Positions 16,351 through 36,430 of a stretch of 64,000 bases of DNA are shown here, one piece after another (the first letter of the stretch is position 1; the number at the start of each line of letters is the position of its first letter). Below the pieces are notes generated by a model. It saw nothing but the letters and a program-made list of their open reading frames with translations, searched no databases and was not told the DNA's origin. Source of the DNA: the human T2T-CHM13v2.0 reference genome, Homo sapiens. The stretch is taken from assembly GCF_009914755.1 (NCBI RefSeq), contig NC_060928.1. One strand, 5' to 3'. The position numbers and the translations under genes are program-made.

Positions 16351-17269
16351 TCACACGTCTCCATATTGTATACCTTATCATCACGGCCATTAACTGCATG
16401 CTAAGAGAATACCACCTACCTTTCAAATTAGCCTAGGAGAAAAATCATTCAAGATACTCAATTCTGCTCCACACCCCCCAAAAAAATGTATCCTGAAATG
16501 CATTCCAAACACAAAAATAAAATGATTTCAGGGATTATTCCCTCGGCCCCATGCACAATTGTGTGTAAGTCCTCCCTGGCTCCACGAAAACATGGTCTTG
16601 GATGAAAAGTACTGATATATCGGAGGCAACACCAGATATGTCCACAGAAGGACATGGAATTTGTAAATAGGAACTACAGTCAAGGAAGGTATCAAAAGCT
16701 CAAGTGCTTACAAGGAATAAAACAAGTCAAGAAACAAAGGCAAAGGTAAAGATGACAAATGACACCTGGCTCCAGAAATGAGAGAGAATGTGAGATGGAA
16801 TGCCCAAGTCCAATCTAAATGGGATTTCTGTGACTCAGCCGAGCTGACTGTTGCCATGCACAAAGATAACTAAAGCCACAAGGTTGTTAACCAGATTTTT
16901 AAAAACGACAAACAACCGCTGACAATCAATCCACATTTAAAACTCTGTGTTAACCAAACAACATTATAGACCAAATCAGAACACCGGGCCACAATTTACA
17001 ACTGATGGTCTGGAGATTCAAGTAGGCAAGAGTGGAGGGAAGTAACAAAGGTAATACCACCTAAAATTAAGATGAAAGAGGTGCGATGGAAATCTACCTA
17101 GAGTGCCGAAAAGAGCAGCCACCCGAAAGGCTGGAGAAGTGGGCCCGATAACAAACTCCCGAACGAGGGGAAAAGCAGTGAAAGAAAGAAGGCGAGGGCG
17201 GAGGCGGTCCTGACTAGTAACTGCCTTAGGAGGCATCCAGGTGAGCACGCGGGCGGGAGCCATTCTCAC

Positions 17270-17504
17270 CGCTGGCTGCGGTAGTCTGCAGGGCTTGGGA
17301 TCCTGCGGGGCTGTGCCTGCTCCCTGCAGCCGCCGTGGTCGCGACTCCTCCGGGACTGGTGCCAGAAGGAACTGCGCCCACCGACCCCTTCTCTCGCCCT
17401 CCTCCGGCGCCGCGGAGATGGACTCCATTTCCTGAGGGGGCGGCAGTGGCCCGTCCCCGGGATCGGCCTCGGCCACCGGCCACCTGGCGCCAGGAAGCTT
17501 CCAT
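17270..17504 (-). CDS. NFXL1: NFXL1 first coding exon ([18 protein letters not shown]...ALQTTAAS)
   Basis: Long polypyrimidine tract then cag|GGATGG (exon starts 17506), ATG at 17504, GTGAG donor; 235 coding nt, in phase with the next exon. Confidence 0.95.
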
Positions 17505-17665
17505 CCCTGCAAAGGAGAAAAAAAAAAAAAAGAGTGGAAGGAGGTGAGCGCAGCGAGGACCGAGGCGAAGGAGGGTCAGTGCGGAAACCCGGTGTGAGGG
17601 GCCGAGTGAGGAAGGTTCCTGCAGGGCGGGGACCGGGTTTTAGGAGGTCGCGGCCCTGCCTTTAC

Positions 17666-17900
17666 CGGAGGGCGAGTCCCCGCCAAGCCCGGGCTTTGGA
17701 GATGGACCGAAGAGGGGAGGGAGGACTAGGTACAGAAATAAACCGCGGAGCAAGAAGCACACAGTGCCGAAGACAGAAAGCCGGAGGAGAAGTCGAAACC
17801 GCCTCCTCAGCCTCTGCGGGAGCGTGGTAGGGGAAGAGTCACAGACTGACCCTGCGTCTCCCGCCGGGAACCAACTGCAGTGGTACACCCCACGGAAAGC
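17666..17900 (-). other. NFXL1: Probable non-coding exon 1 of NFXL1 (5' end approximate)
   Basis: CCG|GTAAAG donor at 17666/17665 upstream of the exon 2 acceptor; TSS inferred from promoter motifs. Confidence 0.55.
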
Positions 17901-18300
17901 TACGTCTCCTTACCGACTGCGCACGCCCCCAACAGACTACAACTCCCAGAAGCCCCCGCCCGCGTTCCGGCGACTGCGTGGCAGCACGGGCCGCTTCCTT
18001 ATCCGGTAAAGTGCGGGGGTTGGGTGGGAGGGAAACCCCAAGCGCCTGCGCTGGCCCGAACAGGCCTTTGGGAACTACAACTCCCGGCGTGCTCTGGGGC
18101 TAGGGAGGGGTCGAAGGTCATAGGGGCGCGTGGTGGTGGAGGCGGGCGGGTCCGGAGGGTTTCGTGACCCCACAATTTGCTTCTGCTTCTGCAAGACTGC
18201 CCTAAACTCACCTGGGTATGAGGATTACATGGCTCTGTCCCTAATTGGCTCTCTGCCATCTTTTATTAGCCTTGCCTTTGAGCTTGCGGATGACAGGAGG

Positions 18301-18809
18301 TGTCAATGTAAAATAATCAAAAGCGCGAAGTTTGAGGATAGCCTACCTAGAAACACCGACTCCAAGGAAGGAGTCAGCGTTCCGAAGTAGAGATTTAAGA
18401 TTTCATTTATATAGGCAGAAACTGAGAGGTTTTTTAGCAGGATTACAGCATTTTCTCATACAAGGTTAGAGAATAGTTACAACAATTTGATTATAGACAG
18501 TGTTTCTTTTTGGGAAGTGTACATTTAACATTTTTCATAAAGGATTTTCTGTCATCTGGTCTAAGCAAACCGGGGCAACAAAGCAGAAGTTAATCTATAA
18601 GGATCATTAAGAAGGCAGGAAGTTTTTGTCCTTAACTTCGTTTAATTCTCTCTAGCCATTGTATAGAACAAGAAAAATAAGAAAGCAAGTTAATCTATAA
18701 TCTGAGAAACAGAAGTTGTAACCATGTGTAACTCAGATGACAGTCACATCTCTCTCCGGGCTTAGTGAGTTTTAGGCTCCAACAACCTTTAAACTATTTA
18801 TTTTCATAG
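18301..18809 (-). mobile_element. ERV1 solo LTR (MER72-like)
   Basis: Reverse strand reads TGAAAATAAAA...GAGAGATGTGACTGTCATCTGAGTTACAC...TTCTCAGATTATAGATTAAC and ends in TGACA. Confidence 0.55.
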
Positions 18810-19269
18810 GGAAGTCTCACTAACAGGAAAGGCACTTACATTGAAAACGCTTTGAGGTTGGCCACTGTGAAGGAGGGAAATTCGGGGGAGAGTTGCAGGA
18901 AAGTGGCTTGAGTAGTAAAAGTACCCTTCTAAAATGCTAGAGCCAATGTAGAAAATAAATCTAAAGCCTGTTATTGTCATAGTCCTTTGTAGTGTGCAAT
19001 GAGCTTTCCCTGGAACATGCTAATTTTTACCTTCACAGCATCTCCCTAAAGTAGATTTTGTTAAGGAAAATAGTTGAGGGCCAGGACCTAAATCTTATGA
19101 TTTTGCTGAGTTTTCCAATAAGATACATGTGCATATATACAGACAGGTAGATTGCAAAAATTCATTCTGGGGTCTGTCTGGGATTGAGAAACATATTGAT
19201 GGCTTATTGTACAGTCCTTCAACTTAGTTAATTCTTCTATTTTAACCATAAATTTCTATTATAATATTT

Positions 19270-19490
19270 AGATAGCATTTATTAGATGTCAGGCACTGTT
19301 TAAAGTGTTTTACGTTATGTATTAACTAATTTGGTACTCACAGTAACCGTGTTTATTATCCCCGTTTTACAACTGAGAACACTGAGGCACAGAGAGATTA
19401 AGCAATTTGCCCTTGATCATACAGCTAGGAAGTAGTGAAGCCAAGATTCAATCCTAAGTAGTCTAGTATTAGAAACCATGCTTTTAATGT
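19270..19490 (-). mobile_element. MIR
   Basis: MIR core: ATCCCCGTTTTACAACTGAGAACACTGAGGCACAGAGAG. Confidence 0.7.
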
Positions 19491-19551
19491 CTTAAACATA
19501 GATATTGCAGAATTGCCTGTACATTAACCAAACTCAAAAATGACATCCCAT

Positions 19552-19890
<339 letters not shown>

Positions 19891-20348
19891 CTAGAAACTA
19901 ACAGGTGCACAGCAACTCTCTTAATGCTGCACTTGTATAAGAACTGTAAGTTTAAAGCTGCAACCAGCTTTCAAAGTTTGAAAACCCTAAAGTGAGACTT
20001 TTCTTCAGTGGGGTTTTCACATACAGGAAAGGAGCTGTTATACTCTGAGAGAGAATATAGTAATTATCACTGAGTAATGTCCAAGAAGTATTGAGTGGCT
20101 ACTAAAAAGAGAGATCCTTCTTAGAATTATGTTATATGCCAGAGAGCTGGACTAGCATATTATCTAAATTTCCATGTCAAACTTTATTGAGAAATTTTTT
20201 CTGTTCCCTCAAATATTCAATAGCTAATAACAGTGACCAGCAATCCTTGAGTGCTTTCTATGTGCCAGCATTCTTCTAGGTCCTTTTTTCTTTTACTCAT
20301 CTAATCTTCACAATAACCATGAAGTAGGTATTGTTATCGTCAAAACAA

Positions 20349-26761
<6,413 letters not shown>

Positions 26762-27147
26762 CATCAAAACAATTTCTTATTCAACATACTAGCAGAGCTA
26801 GGATTGCAAATGGGTAGTGTGACTCCTGGCCTATACTCTTAACCACCAGGCAAATGATGACTGTGTATATGCATTTAATGTTTACCTAGAAATTCCAGTT
26901 ATTTTTAAAGTACCTAAACAGGGAAAGGGCTCATATAATCAGGATTTTTCCCCTGCCATATTATACAATTAAAAGTGATAAACACAATAATCACTTTGGA
27001 ATCAGAAATAATCTTTTGTGCTCGCTGAGTGAGAAAACAAACATTTGTTGTATTATCATTGTAAATTTTTGCAGTGGAGAGCTAGTATATATCATAAAGT
27101 GGAAGCATATGTAAGTTGAGAACACATTTTCAAAAATTACCATTGCT

Positions 27148-29163
27148 TCTACAAGGAGAGCTACGAAACATTGCTGAAAGCCATCATAGACAACATAAAC
27201 AAATGGAAACACATTCCATGTTCATAGATTGGAATAATCAACATTGTGAAAAGGAACATACTGCCCAAAGCAATCTACAGATTCAATGCAATTCCCATCA
27301 AACTACCAGCATCACTTTTTCTCAGAAGTAGAAAAAACAATCCTAAAATTCATGTGGAACCAAAAAGAGCCTGAACAGCCAAAGCAATCCTAAGCAAAAA
27401 GAACAAATCTGGAGACATCCTATTACTGGACTTCAAAGTATGCTACAAGGCTATAGATATCAAAACAACATGGTACTGGGAAAAAAAAAAGTAGATGCAT
27501 AGACCAATGGAACAGAATAGAGAATTCAGATATAAAGCCAAATACATACAGCCAACTGATCTACAACAAAGCATACAAAAACATAAATTGGGGAATGGAC
27601 ACCCTATTTAATAAATGATGCTGAGAAAACTGGAAAGCCACATGTAGAAGAATGAAACTGGATCCCTATCTCTCATCCTATCCAAAAATCAACTCGAGAT
27701 GGACCGAGGACTAAAATATAAGACCTGAAACTAAAAATTCTAGAAGACGATGTTGGAAAAACTCTTCTAGACATTGCCCTAGGGAAATAATTCATGACTA
27801 AGACCCCAAAAGCAAATGCAACAAAAACAAAGATAAGTAAATGGAACCTAATTTAAAAGTTTCTGCACAGCAAAAGAAATAATCAGCAAAGTAAACAGAC
27901 AACCCACAGAAGGGGAGAAAATATTTGCAAGATGCATCCAACAAAGGACTAGTTTCCAGAATCTACAAGGAACTCAAACAAATCAGCAAGAAAAAGAAAA
28001 CAAATAATCCCATTAAAAAGCTGGCAAAGACCGGGCCTGGTGGCTCACATCTGTAATCCCAGCACTTTGGGAGGCTGAGGTGGGCGAATCGCTTGAGCTC
28101 AGGAGTTCGAGACCAGCCTGGACAACATAGTAAGACCCCCCATCTCCACTAAAAATACAAAAATTAGCCAGGCATAGTGGTGCACACCTGTAGTCTCAGC
28201 TACAACTGAGAGACTGAGGCTTAAGCATCACTTGAAACCAGGAGGCAGAGGTTGCAGTGAGCCGAGATTGCACCACTGCACTGCAGCCTGGGCAACAAAG
28301 TGAGGCTCCCTCTGAAAAAAAAAACAAAACAAGTGGACAAAATGGGCAAAGGACATGAATAGACATTTCTCAAAAGATGATCTACAATGGCCAAAAAACA
28401 TGAGAAAGTGCTCAACATCACTCATGATGGAAAAGCAAATTAAAACTGCAATGAGATACCACCCTACTCCTGCAAGAATGGCCATTATTAAAACATCAAA
28501 AAACAATAGATGTTTATGTGGATGTGGGGAAAGGGAATGCTTACACACTGCTGGTAGGAATTTAAATTAGTACAACCTTTATGGGAAACAGTATGGAGAT
28601 TCCTTAAAGAGCTAAAAGTAGATCTACCATTTGATCAAGCAATCCCACTACTAGATATCTACCCAAAGGAAAAGACGTCATCATATGAAAAAGACCCTTG
28701 TACACGTATGTTGACAGCAGCACAATACACAATTGCAAAGATGTGGAACCAACGTAAGTGCCCATCAACTAACGAGTGGACAAAGAAAATGTGGTGTATA
28801 TACACCATGGAATACTACTCAGCCATTAAAGGAATGAAATAATACCTTTTGCCGAAACTTGGATGGAGATAGAGGCCATTAGTCTAAGTAACACAGGAAC
28901 GGAAAACCAAAAACTGTATGTTCACACTTATAAGTGGAAGCTAAGTTACAAGTAGGCAAAAACATACAGAGTGATACAATCGACTTTAGAGAATCAGATG
29001 GGGGAGGATAGGAGGGGGCTGAGGATAAAAAAAAACTACACATTAGGTAACAATGTACACTACTCTGGCCATGGGTGGGCTAAAATCTCAGAATTCACCA
29101 CTATATAATTCATCCATGTAACAAAAAAACCACTTGTACCCCGAAAGCTTTGGAAATAAAAAA
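27148..29163 (+). mobile_element. L1 3' portion (L1MA/L1PB-like), interrupted by an Alu
   Basis: Degenerate ORF2 C-terminus (MNRHFSK...MRYH) and 3'UTR ending AATAAA-A tail. Confidence 0.85.
28030..28332 (+). mobile_element. Alu nested in L1
   Basis: Alu dimer. Confidence 0.88.
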
Positions 29164-29659
29164 TTTTTTAAATATCATTGCTGTTATTTTTACTTTGAAA
29201 TTTCAGATAGCATTTGAGAGAAACAGGTTTTTGTATTTATCAGAACAGACGGGTTAAATATTGAGAACTACAATTGTACATTTATATTTAATTTAATTTT
29301 TTAAAAAAGTATCCACAAGAATAGCTAAAAACAAAAAGACTGACAATACCAACTGTTTGCAAGAATGTGGAGAAACTAGAACTCTCATACTTTCTGGTAG
29401 GAATGGATATTGGTTCAAACACTCAAAAAATGTTTAGCAGCATCTACTAAAGCTAAACATGGCCCACTACTAAAGCACTATGACCAAGCAATTCCACTTC
29501 TTTTTATGCACACACACGAAATGAGTGCATAGCTTCACAGAAACTCATGTTTATAGCAGGTATATTCAAGATAGCCAAAACCCAGAAGCAACTGTAATGT
29601 CATCAACAGGAGAATAGAAAAGTAAATTGTGATACATTAATAAAATGCTATGCAAAAAG

Positions 29660-29761
29660 ATGCGGGTTCCACAGGGCCAACTGGAGGAGTTGAGTATGCT
29701 TGGATTTGGGTATACATGGGGATCCTGGAACCATTCCCCAGAGTATACCAAGGGACGACTG
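29660..29761 (-). mobile_element. MER2/MER2B-like Tigger fragment
   Basis: Reverse strand CAGTCGTCCCTTGGTATA...TGGTTCCAGGA. Confidence 0.6.
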
Positions 29762-29939
29762 TCATTGTATTTATTCATTACTGACATGTTGTCTTAATAT
29801 GGATTGTTTTTGCCAAAGTATTCATACGCAACTTCTCAAATACACTTATACTTGATAAGTACATCTATACTTAGGTAAACATTGTGCCAGTTACCAATGT
29901 ATTGCCTCTCTGCTCCAATTCATGTTTACGTATATGCCG

Positions 29940-30597
29940 TGTAACAGTTGACACTCCTTTCAGCATCTCCACAGAGCACGATGTTCTGTTTTTGCAGTAG
30001 AGGGCGCCGAAGAGGCACTGTGAGAAGGACCGTGGTCTCCCAGTGTTTCTGACTGCTACACAGAATGTCTGCGATCTTGCAGCCTCGGTCTGGACTGGCG
30101 ATAACATTCCTGAGCAGTTTTCGTACGGGGAAACGGGCCCCAAAGCCCTCCGGCTCACCCCAGGTGCCCTAAACCACCACTCATTTTGCTACTGACATTT
30201 CCTCCCGCAAGTCCCAGCACCTGCCTCCACTCCCACCCATTGCAGATCCAGGCACAGCTCACCTGTATCCCAGCCCCTAATCTCTATGTGCAAGTGCACC
30301 CTGATCACTGATTACTGTGTTCTACATGCATTCCAAAGAGTTACTTCCTACTTGCCCAGGACTGCAGACCAGCTCTGACTAGAACAGACCAGCAAGCGTC
30401 TTTGCTATCCAGTGTGCTGAACTACACCTTCTCCAATAACATCTGAACTCTTATTGTCCTTCCTTATGTACCTGCCCCCCCAGGTCTAGAATACCATAGT
30501 TTCCTTGTAGTTGTTCTTTTATCGAAGTTTAATAAATCTTTGTATTAAATTTAACCCAATGTGTGCTTTTGTTGTTAATTGGACCCTGACTGACACA
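29940..30597 (+). mobile_element. Old ERVL-type LTR remnant
   Basis: AATAAA followed by terminal GACCCTGACTGACACA; 5' boundary uncertain. Confidence 0.4.
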
Positions 30598-31649
30598 GGC
30601 ACTGTATACGTTTTATATCAATTTTACTTGAAATACTAATATGACCCAACCAAACTTCAGGAATGAAAAGAAAAAGGAAAAAGAAAAAATATCATGAAGT
30701 GCAAATTTACCAGGCAAAATAAGAAAGCTGTTCTGCCATGGGTAGGGCAGAGGAAAATTAGAAAAATTAAATTATCACATTGACTTTCCTAGCCAGCCCT
30801 AACTTTAGGGGACTGAATCCTTTTTTGCACTACTTAGTAATACTCAAATTTAATGATTAAAAAAGTACTGTATAATATGAATTTCATTAAAATAAAGTAA
30901 TTTGAACAAAACTGGACTATCATTTTACTTTTTTAGAATAACCTTCATAACAGAGAAAATAAACTAAGCACTCACCATATTTAATATACATTTTTTCAAA
31001 TACTCAGCTAAATAATTTGTCAATCAATAAGTAATGGAGTCTAACAGATATTCAGTATTGTCAGGCACTGGACAGACATACTCAGAGATGGGAAGGGTTC
31101 ACTGTATGTAAAGTACAAAGGTAAGGATAAAGAGGTCATGAAGTTGCTGAGAACTAAGAAAATGATTAAGGGAAAGGTGAGATTTGAATGGAAGGAGGCA
31201 TTCTGAGTGGTAGGGATGTCATGAGTCAAAGTTTAAATATGAAAATAAGCATAGCCCGTGCTTGGGATCAGAATGGAGAAAATTCTGTTGAATCCCACAG
31301 CCAAGGTGATAAATAGGGTTAGCAAAGACCTTGAAAACAGAAGTAGAAAAGTTTGGTCTCAATGTTGATGGTAGATAACCATTATGAGGTTTAAGAGAAG
31401 GGAGGTAACATCATAAAAGCAATATTTTTCAGGAAAACTAATATAGAGATAGGATGCTTTGAGATGGGGAGGGCCTTGTGGTAGAATGGCCAACTAGAAT
31501 TAAAATTGTAGTAGGTCTGACCCCCGGTTTACAAATTCAGATGTGCAAATAATAATGCTTCAGTAATTCTAGTCTTTCAATCAACTTAATTTGAGCTCTT
31601 GAGTTTTATCTTTCCAGGATGGGTTGGAAAATTTACCTGTTTATTAATT

Positions 31650-33130
31650 AAATCAAGAAATGTTTATTGATCCCCTATTATATCCCAGGCACTTTCCAGG
31701 CACTGGAAATGAGCAATACATAAAATAAAGGACCTGTACTCATGGAACTTTCGTTTTAGTAGAGAAGACAGATAATAAACATATAATGTCAAATTATGAT
31801 CTGTGCAGGCAGATAAGGTGAAGACGGTTTGAATTTAAATCAGGTAGTTCCAGAAACCACTGTAATAGGGTGACATTTGAACAGAGACCTGAATAAAGGG
31901 ACAGCATAAGCCACTGGACACTGGGGGAAGAATTTCCCCAGATGAGGAAATGGAAAGTATAAGGACCAAGAAAAAGTAATATATTTGGTGTATTTCAGGA
32001 ACAGCAGGCAGGCTGATCTCACTGAAAGAGAATGAGCAGGCAGAAGAGTTGTAGGCAATTAAACTGGAGAGGTAATCAAAAGTCCTTTAATAGGTAGGAC
32101 TATGGTGGGAATTTTTTATTTAATTTTTAGCAAGCTGAGGCAAGGGAGTTACATGATCTAATAATGTTTTTAAATGATCACAGTGGTTACTACAGGGAAA
32201 TGGACCATTGCTGGAAGGGAAGCAAGAGTGAAATTAAAGAGACCTGTTAAGAGGCTACTGTACTTGTTTAGGTGAAAGGTGGTGGTTTGGACTAGGAGTA
32301 GAAAAGGTGAGTTATGGTCAGATTCAGGTTATATTTTGAAGATTGAGTTGACAACATTTACTGACAGATTAGATATTAGGTATGAGACTAAGAGGCAAGA
32401 AAAGATGACCCAAAGTTTTTCACCTGAAGAAGTGGTAGGTGCCATTTACTAAGATGGAGAATATTAGGGAAGGAACGGATTTGAGGACAATATCATGAGT
32501 TCTGTTTAGGGCACATCAAGTTCTCACCAAAGGATATATCAAGTATGTAGTTGAATATGCAAGTCTGGAGTTCAGAGGAGAGGGTGGAGATACAAATTTG
32601 GCAGTCTTCAACACATAGACATTATAAAGTGTCATAAGATATATGAGCTCACTTATGGAGTGAATATCATGGCTACACAATACTTTGATATTTAAAGACC
32701 TGACGATTAGGAGAAAGCAAGGGAGATGGAAGTTCAGGCAGAGAACTGACCAAAAGCCAAGTGAAGAAAGTGTTTCAAGAAAGAGGGAGTGATCATTTCT
32801 GTCAAGTGTTACCAAGTGGTCTAATAAGTCTTGGACTGAGAACTGACCATTAGATTTAGCCATATAGGGGTCACTGGTGACCTTGATGAGAGGTTTCAGT
32901 GGAGTGGTAGTAGCAAGTCTTAATTCTGTCAGATTCAAGAAAGAACAATAAGAAAAAAATTCTACAAGAACAAATGCTACAAAATAGTTTTACAAGAAAG
33001 GAGAACAAAGAAAAAGGGTGTTAACAGGAAACAGAAATGGGGTCAAGCATCAGGTATTAATATTTGAGGCATTGTGCACTATGGGGACTATCCCATAGAG
33101 AAGGAAAAATGATAACACCTGGGAGGTGGA
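31650..33130 (-). mobile_element. L2 fragment
   Basis: TTTATTGA...CCAGGCACT start; purine-rich L2 antisense pattern; reverse-strand ORF 32516-32938 resembles L2 RT (KVTSD...AKSNGQFSV). Confidence 0.75.
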
Positions 33131-33953
33131 GTGGAAGATAGTAGAAAAGAGGATCTAGAAACTTGTGCACAAGTGAAAGTTGTAAACTTTCCATAGGAAC
33201 TTGTAGTGTTCGTCCATCGTGACATACTTATCTCAGACATTCTTCAGCCCGGCCCCCATCCTGGATACTGTAGTGGAAAGTCACTAAGATCTAATGTGAT
33301 CGCCACTGCACTGGAGAATGCTTCTAGTTATTGTCATCAGAGTGCAGAGCCCACATGTCCATATGGTATGGATCCTTCAGGTGCAGTGGCTCTTTGTTCA
33401 GGGCTGTGTTTTGAGCATGAGACTCTTTTGGAAACTGGAAACTTCAGGTCTGGGGTCCATATTTCTCTTAGCCTTTGTGTTTCTGGACTAGAGTCCCATG
33501 TCCCCTCCCCATCACTATTTATTCACATATGGCAACTATTCTCTAGACCTTCTGATAAAATATATTCAGGGTTCACGAAGCAGAAATTCGTTCAACTATC
33601 TATGCTCAGAAGCCTCGTCATTTTCTACAAATGCAAGAAAATATTTCTTAAAAGTTATTTCTAATGAAACCAAACCTCTTTGGCATATTTTTGCAATTTC
33701 TTACTGGCTACAAAACTCCTTATGTAGGTCTCAATTGCATTTGATTTCTTAGAGCCAATCATTTTTAAAGTATAATTTGAATTATTCTACCCTAAGTGTA
33801 CTCCAGTGGAATTTATTCACACTGAATTTATCCAGTGGAGTTTATCCATACTGAGTAAAGCCCATCCACCGGTATTTGTCCTCTTTAGGCATTGTGAAAT
33901 TACATGTGAATGGAACAATGGAAATACTGGTAATGTAGATCAATTAATTATCA

Positions 33954-33986
<33 letters not shown>

Positions 33987-34220
33987 GTAAAGTGAGGAGC
34001 TGGAAGTGATTTATTAAATTTTAAAATGAGTGGGGAAAATTATATTCCTATCCTAGAGACCCCCTGATAACAGTGGGCAAATGTTCATCCCTTGAGTGCC
34101 ACTGGGTGGCTCATCTGTCATTCTTTCTGAGGAGAGTAAGCAATGATACCACTGGGGGAGATCATGGAACACCATGGACTTTGGTGCCACCAAAGTACCT
34201 GCACTCCTTGGCATCATGAG

Positions 34221-34522
34221 TCTTTGTGACAAATCCAGGAAACAGGCTCCCTGCTCTCTGAAGAAATAACTCAAGCAGCTCTTTGGACCAAGTCCAAGGT
34301 TGTCTGAAGCTCAGCCCAGATAAAACAAAAATGAACCTGATTGGAAAGAGGAGAAGTTGGAATCTTTGTGAGAAACCCAGGTAAACAGGCTCCCTACTCT
34401 CTGAAGAAATAACCCAAGTAGCTCATTGGACCAAGTCCAAGACTGGCTGAAGCTCAGCCCAGATAAAACAAAAATGAATCTAATTGGAAAGAGGAGAAAT
34501 TGGCAATCTGACAAGAAATCCA
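34221..34522. repeat. Tandem duplication with a 142-143 bp period
   Basis: AAACAGGCTCCCT...GGAAAGAGGAGAA occurs at 34240 and 34383. Confidence 0.9.
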
Positions 34523-35197
34523 ATATCAACTCTTTTAAGAACGAACATTGTCAGGCTGGTGAGTAATTTTGTGGTAAATTGCTATTTTCAGAATCCCAAA
34601 GGGATACATTGATGAAAAATGCATTCGTTCATCTCTAACCAGTCAGGAAATCAAGAGACAGACTTAAAATGTAATTCTATGAAGCATTGTCCCAAATTCA
34701 CTCAACATGCACTCTGGCCAGCTTAAAGTAGAAACATATGGATAACAGGCATGTTATCACCAAGTAGAACCCCATAAGGCATTCAACTTGGTCTGTGTAG
34801 AAAGCAATCAAGTCCAATGTCATAGTGAAGTAAGCACTGAACCCAGGGTCAAAAGTCCAGGCTTTGCCACTGAACTAGCTGTGTGAATTTATACTGAACT
34901 CTTCTCTTTTTATTTTTTTGGAATAGTTCAAACATATCAAAAATTATAGAGAGCAATATACAGATATCTGTAGCTAGCTTTATCAAATCTTAACATTTGG
35001 ATCCATTTGCTTAACATTTGGATCCATTTGTTTTAAAAGATATGAAAGAGCACAGACAGCTGAGGTGCTAGGTATTTCTCACCCTCCCTCCCATCTCATT
35101 GTCCTTCATCCCCCACAGAAGTAAGCACTACTCTGATTTCTGTCATCTGCCATTCTCCTGGCTGATATTAAACGTCTATATCATATGTGCAGATTCA

Positions 35198-35902
<705 letters not shown>

Positions 35903-35930
35903 GGTCCAAGTAGGTCCAAGTAGGTCCAAG

Positions 35931-36430
35931 TTGGTCCAAGTTCTTGTCTCATGACCAGGAAGAATTAGGCACATGGACACTGGAGAGTGAGTGGAGTAGA
36001 ATTTATTAAGCGAAAGGAAAGCTCTCAGCAAAGAGGGGACGTGGGGTAGTGGGGGTGGTTCCCCTACCCAAAGGCGGGAAAAAGTCCCCCAGTATGGCTG
36101 AGCTTGGGGCCTTTTATGGGCTCAGAATAGGAAGTGCATGCTGATTGGTTTGTGAGTATGCAAAAAAGATTAAAGTGAAGACATCACTCAAAGGTGGGCA
36201 CAACAGTGTAGAAAACCAACAGAAAAGGGTAGGTATATGTAAAGTAGGTGAAGGGTGGGGATCAATCAGAGGAAAGCATGCCAAACGGAAAGACAAGTTC
36301 TCAATCTGGTCTGAGAATTTAACTTGTAGCTTGGCTTTCAGGCTTTAAACTGTCTTCAGCTTGGAGGTGGTGTTTCACCAGGGACCTGCCCCTATCTGCC
36401 TAGGCATGTGGCTGCCTCCTGCCTCCCTCA
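35931..36430 (-). mobile_element. ERV1 LTR (MER48-like), one end truncated
   Basis: GAATTTATTAAGCGAAAGGAAAGCTCTCAGC (reverse AATAAA), reverse CCAAT box, terminal ...CCTCA. Confidence 0.6.

Larger units (their letters stand above)
17150..18170. promoter_or_regulatory. CpG-island promoter of NFXL1, probably bidirectional
   Basis: High GC and CpG density; ACTACAACTCCC motifs at 17936 and 18074; NRF1-like TGCGCACGC at about 17918; GC boxes. Confidence 0.9.

Noticed and set aside
17018-18390. Many overlapping ORFs, including 164 aa at 17018..17512
   Set aside because: Expected from stop-codon scarcity in a GC-rich island. The ATG at 17512 lies in the intron; only the MEASWRQ frame splices in phase.
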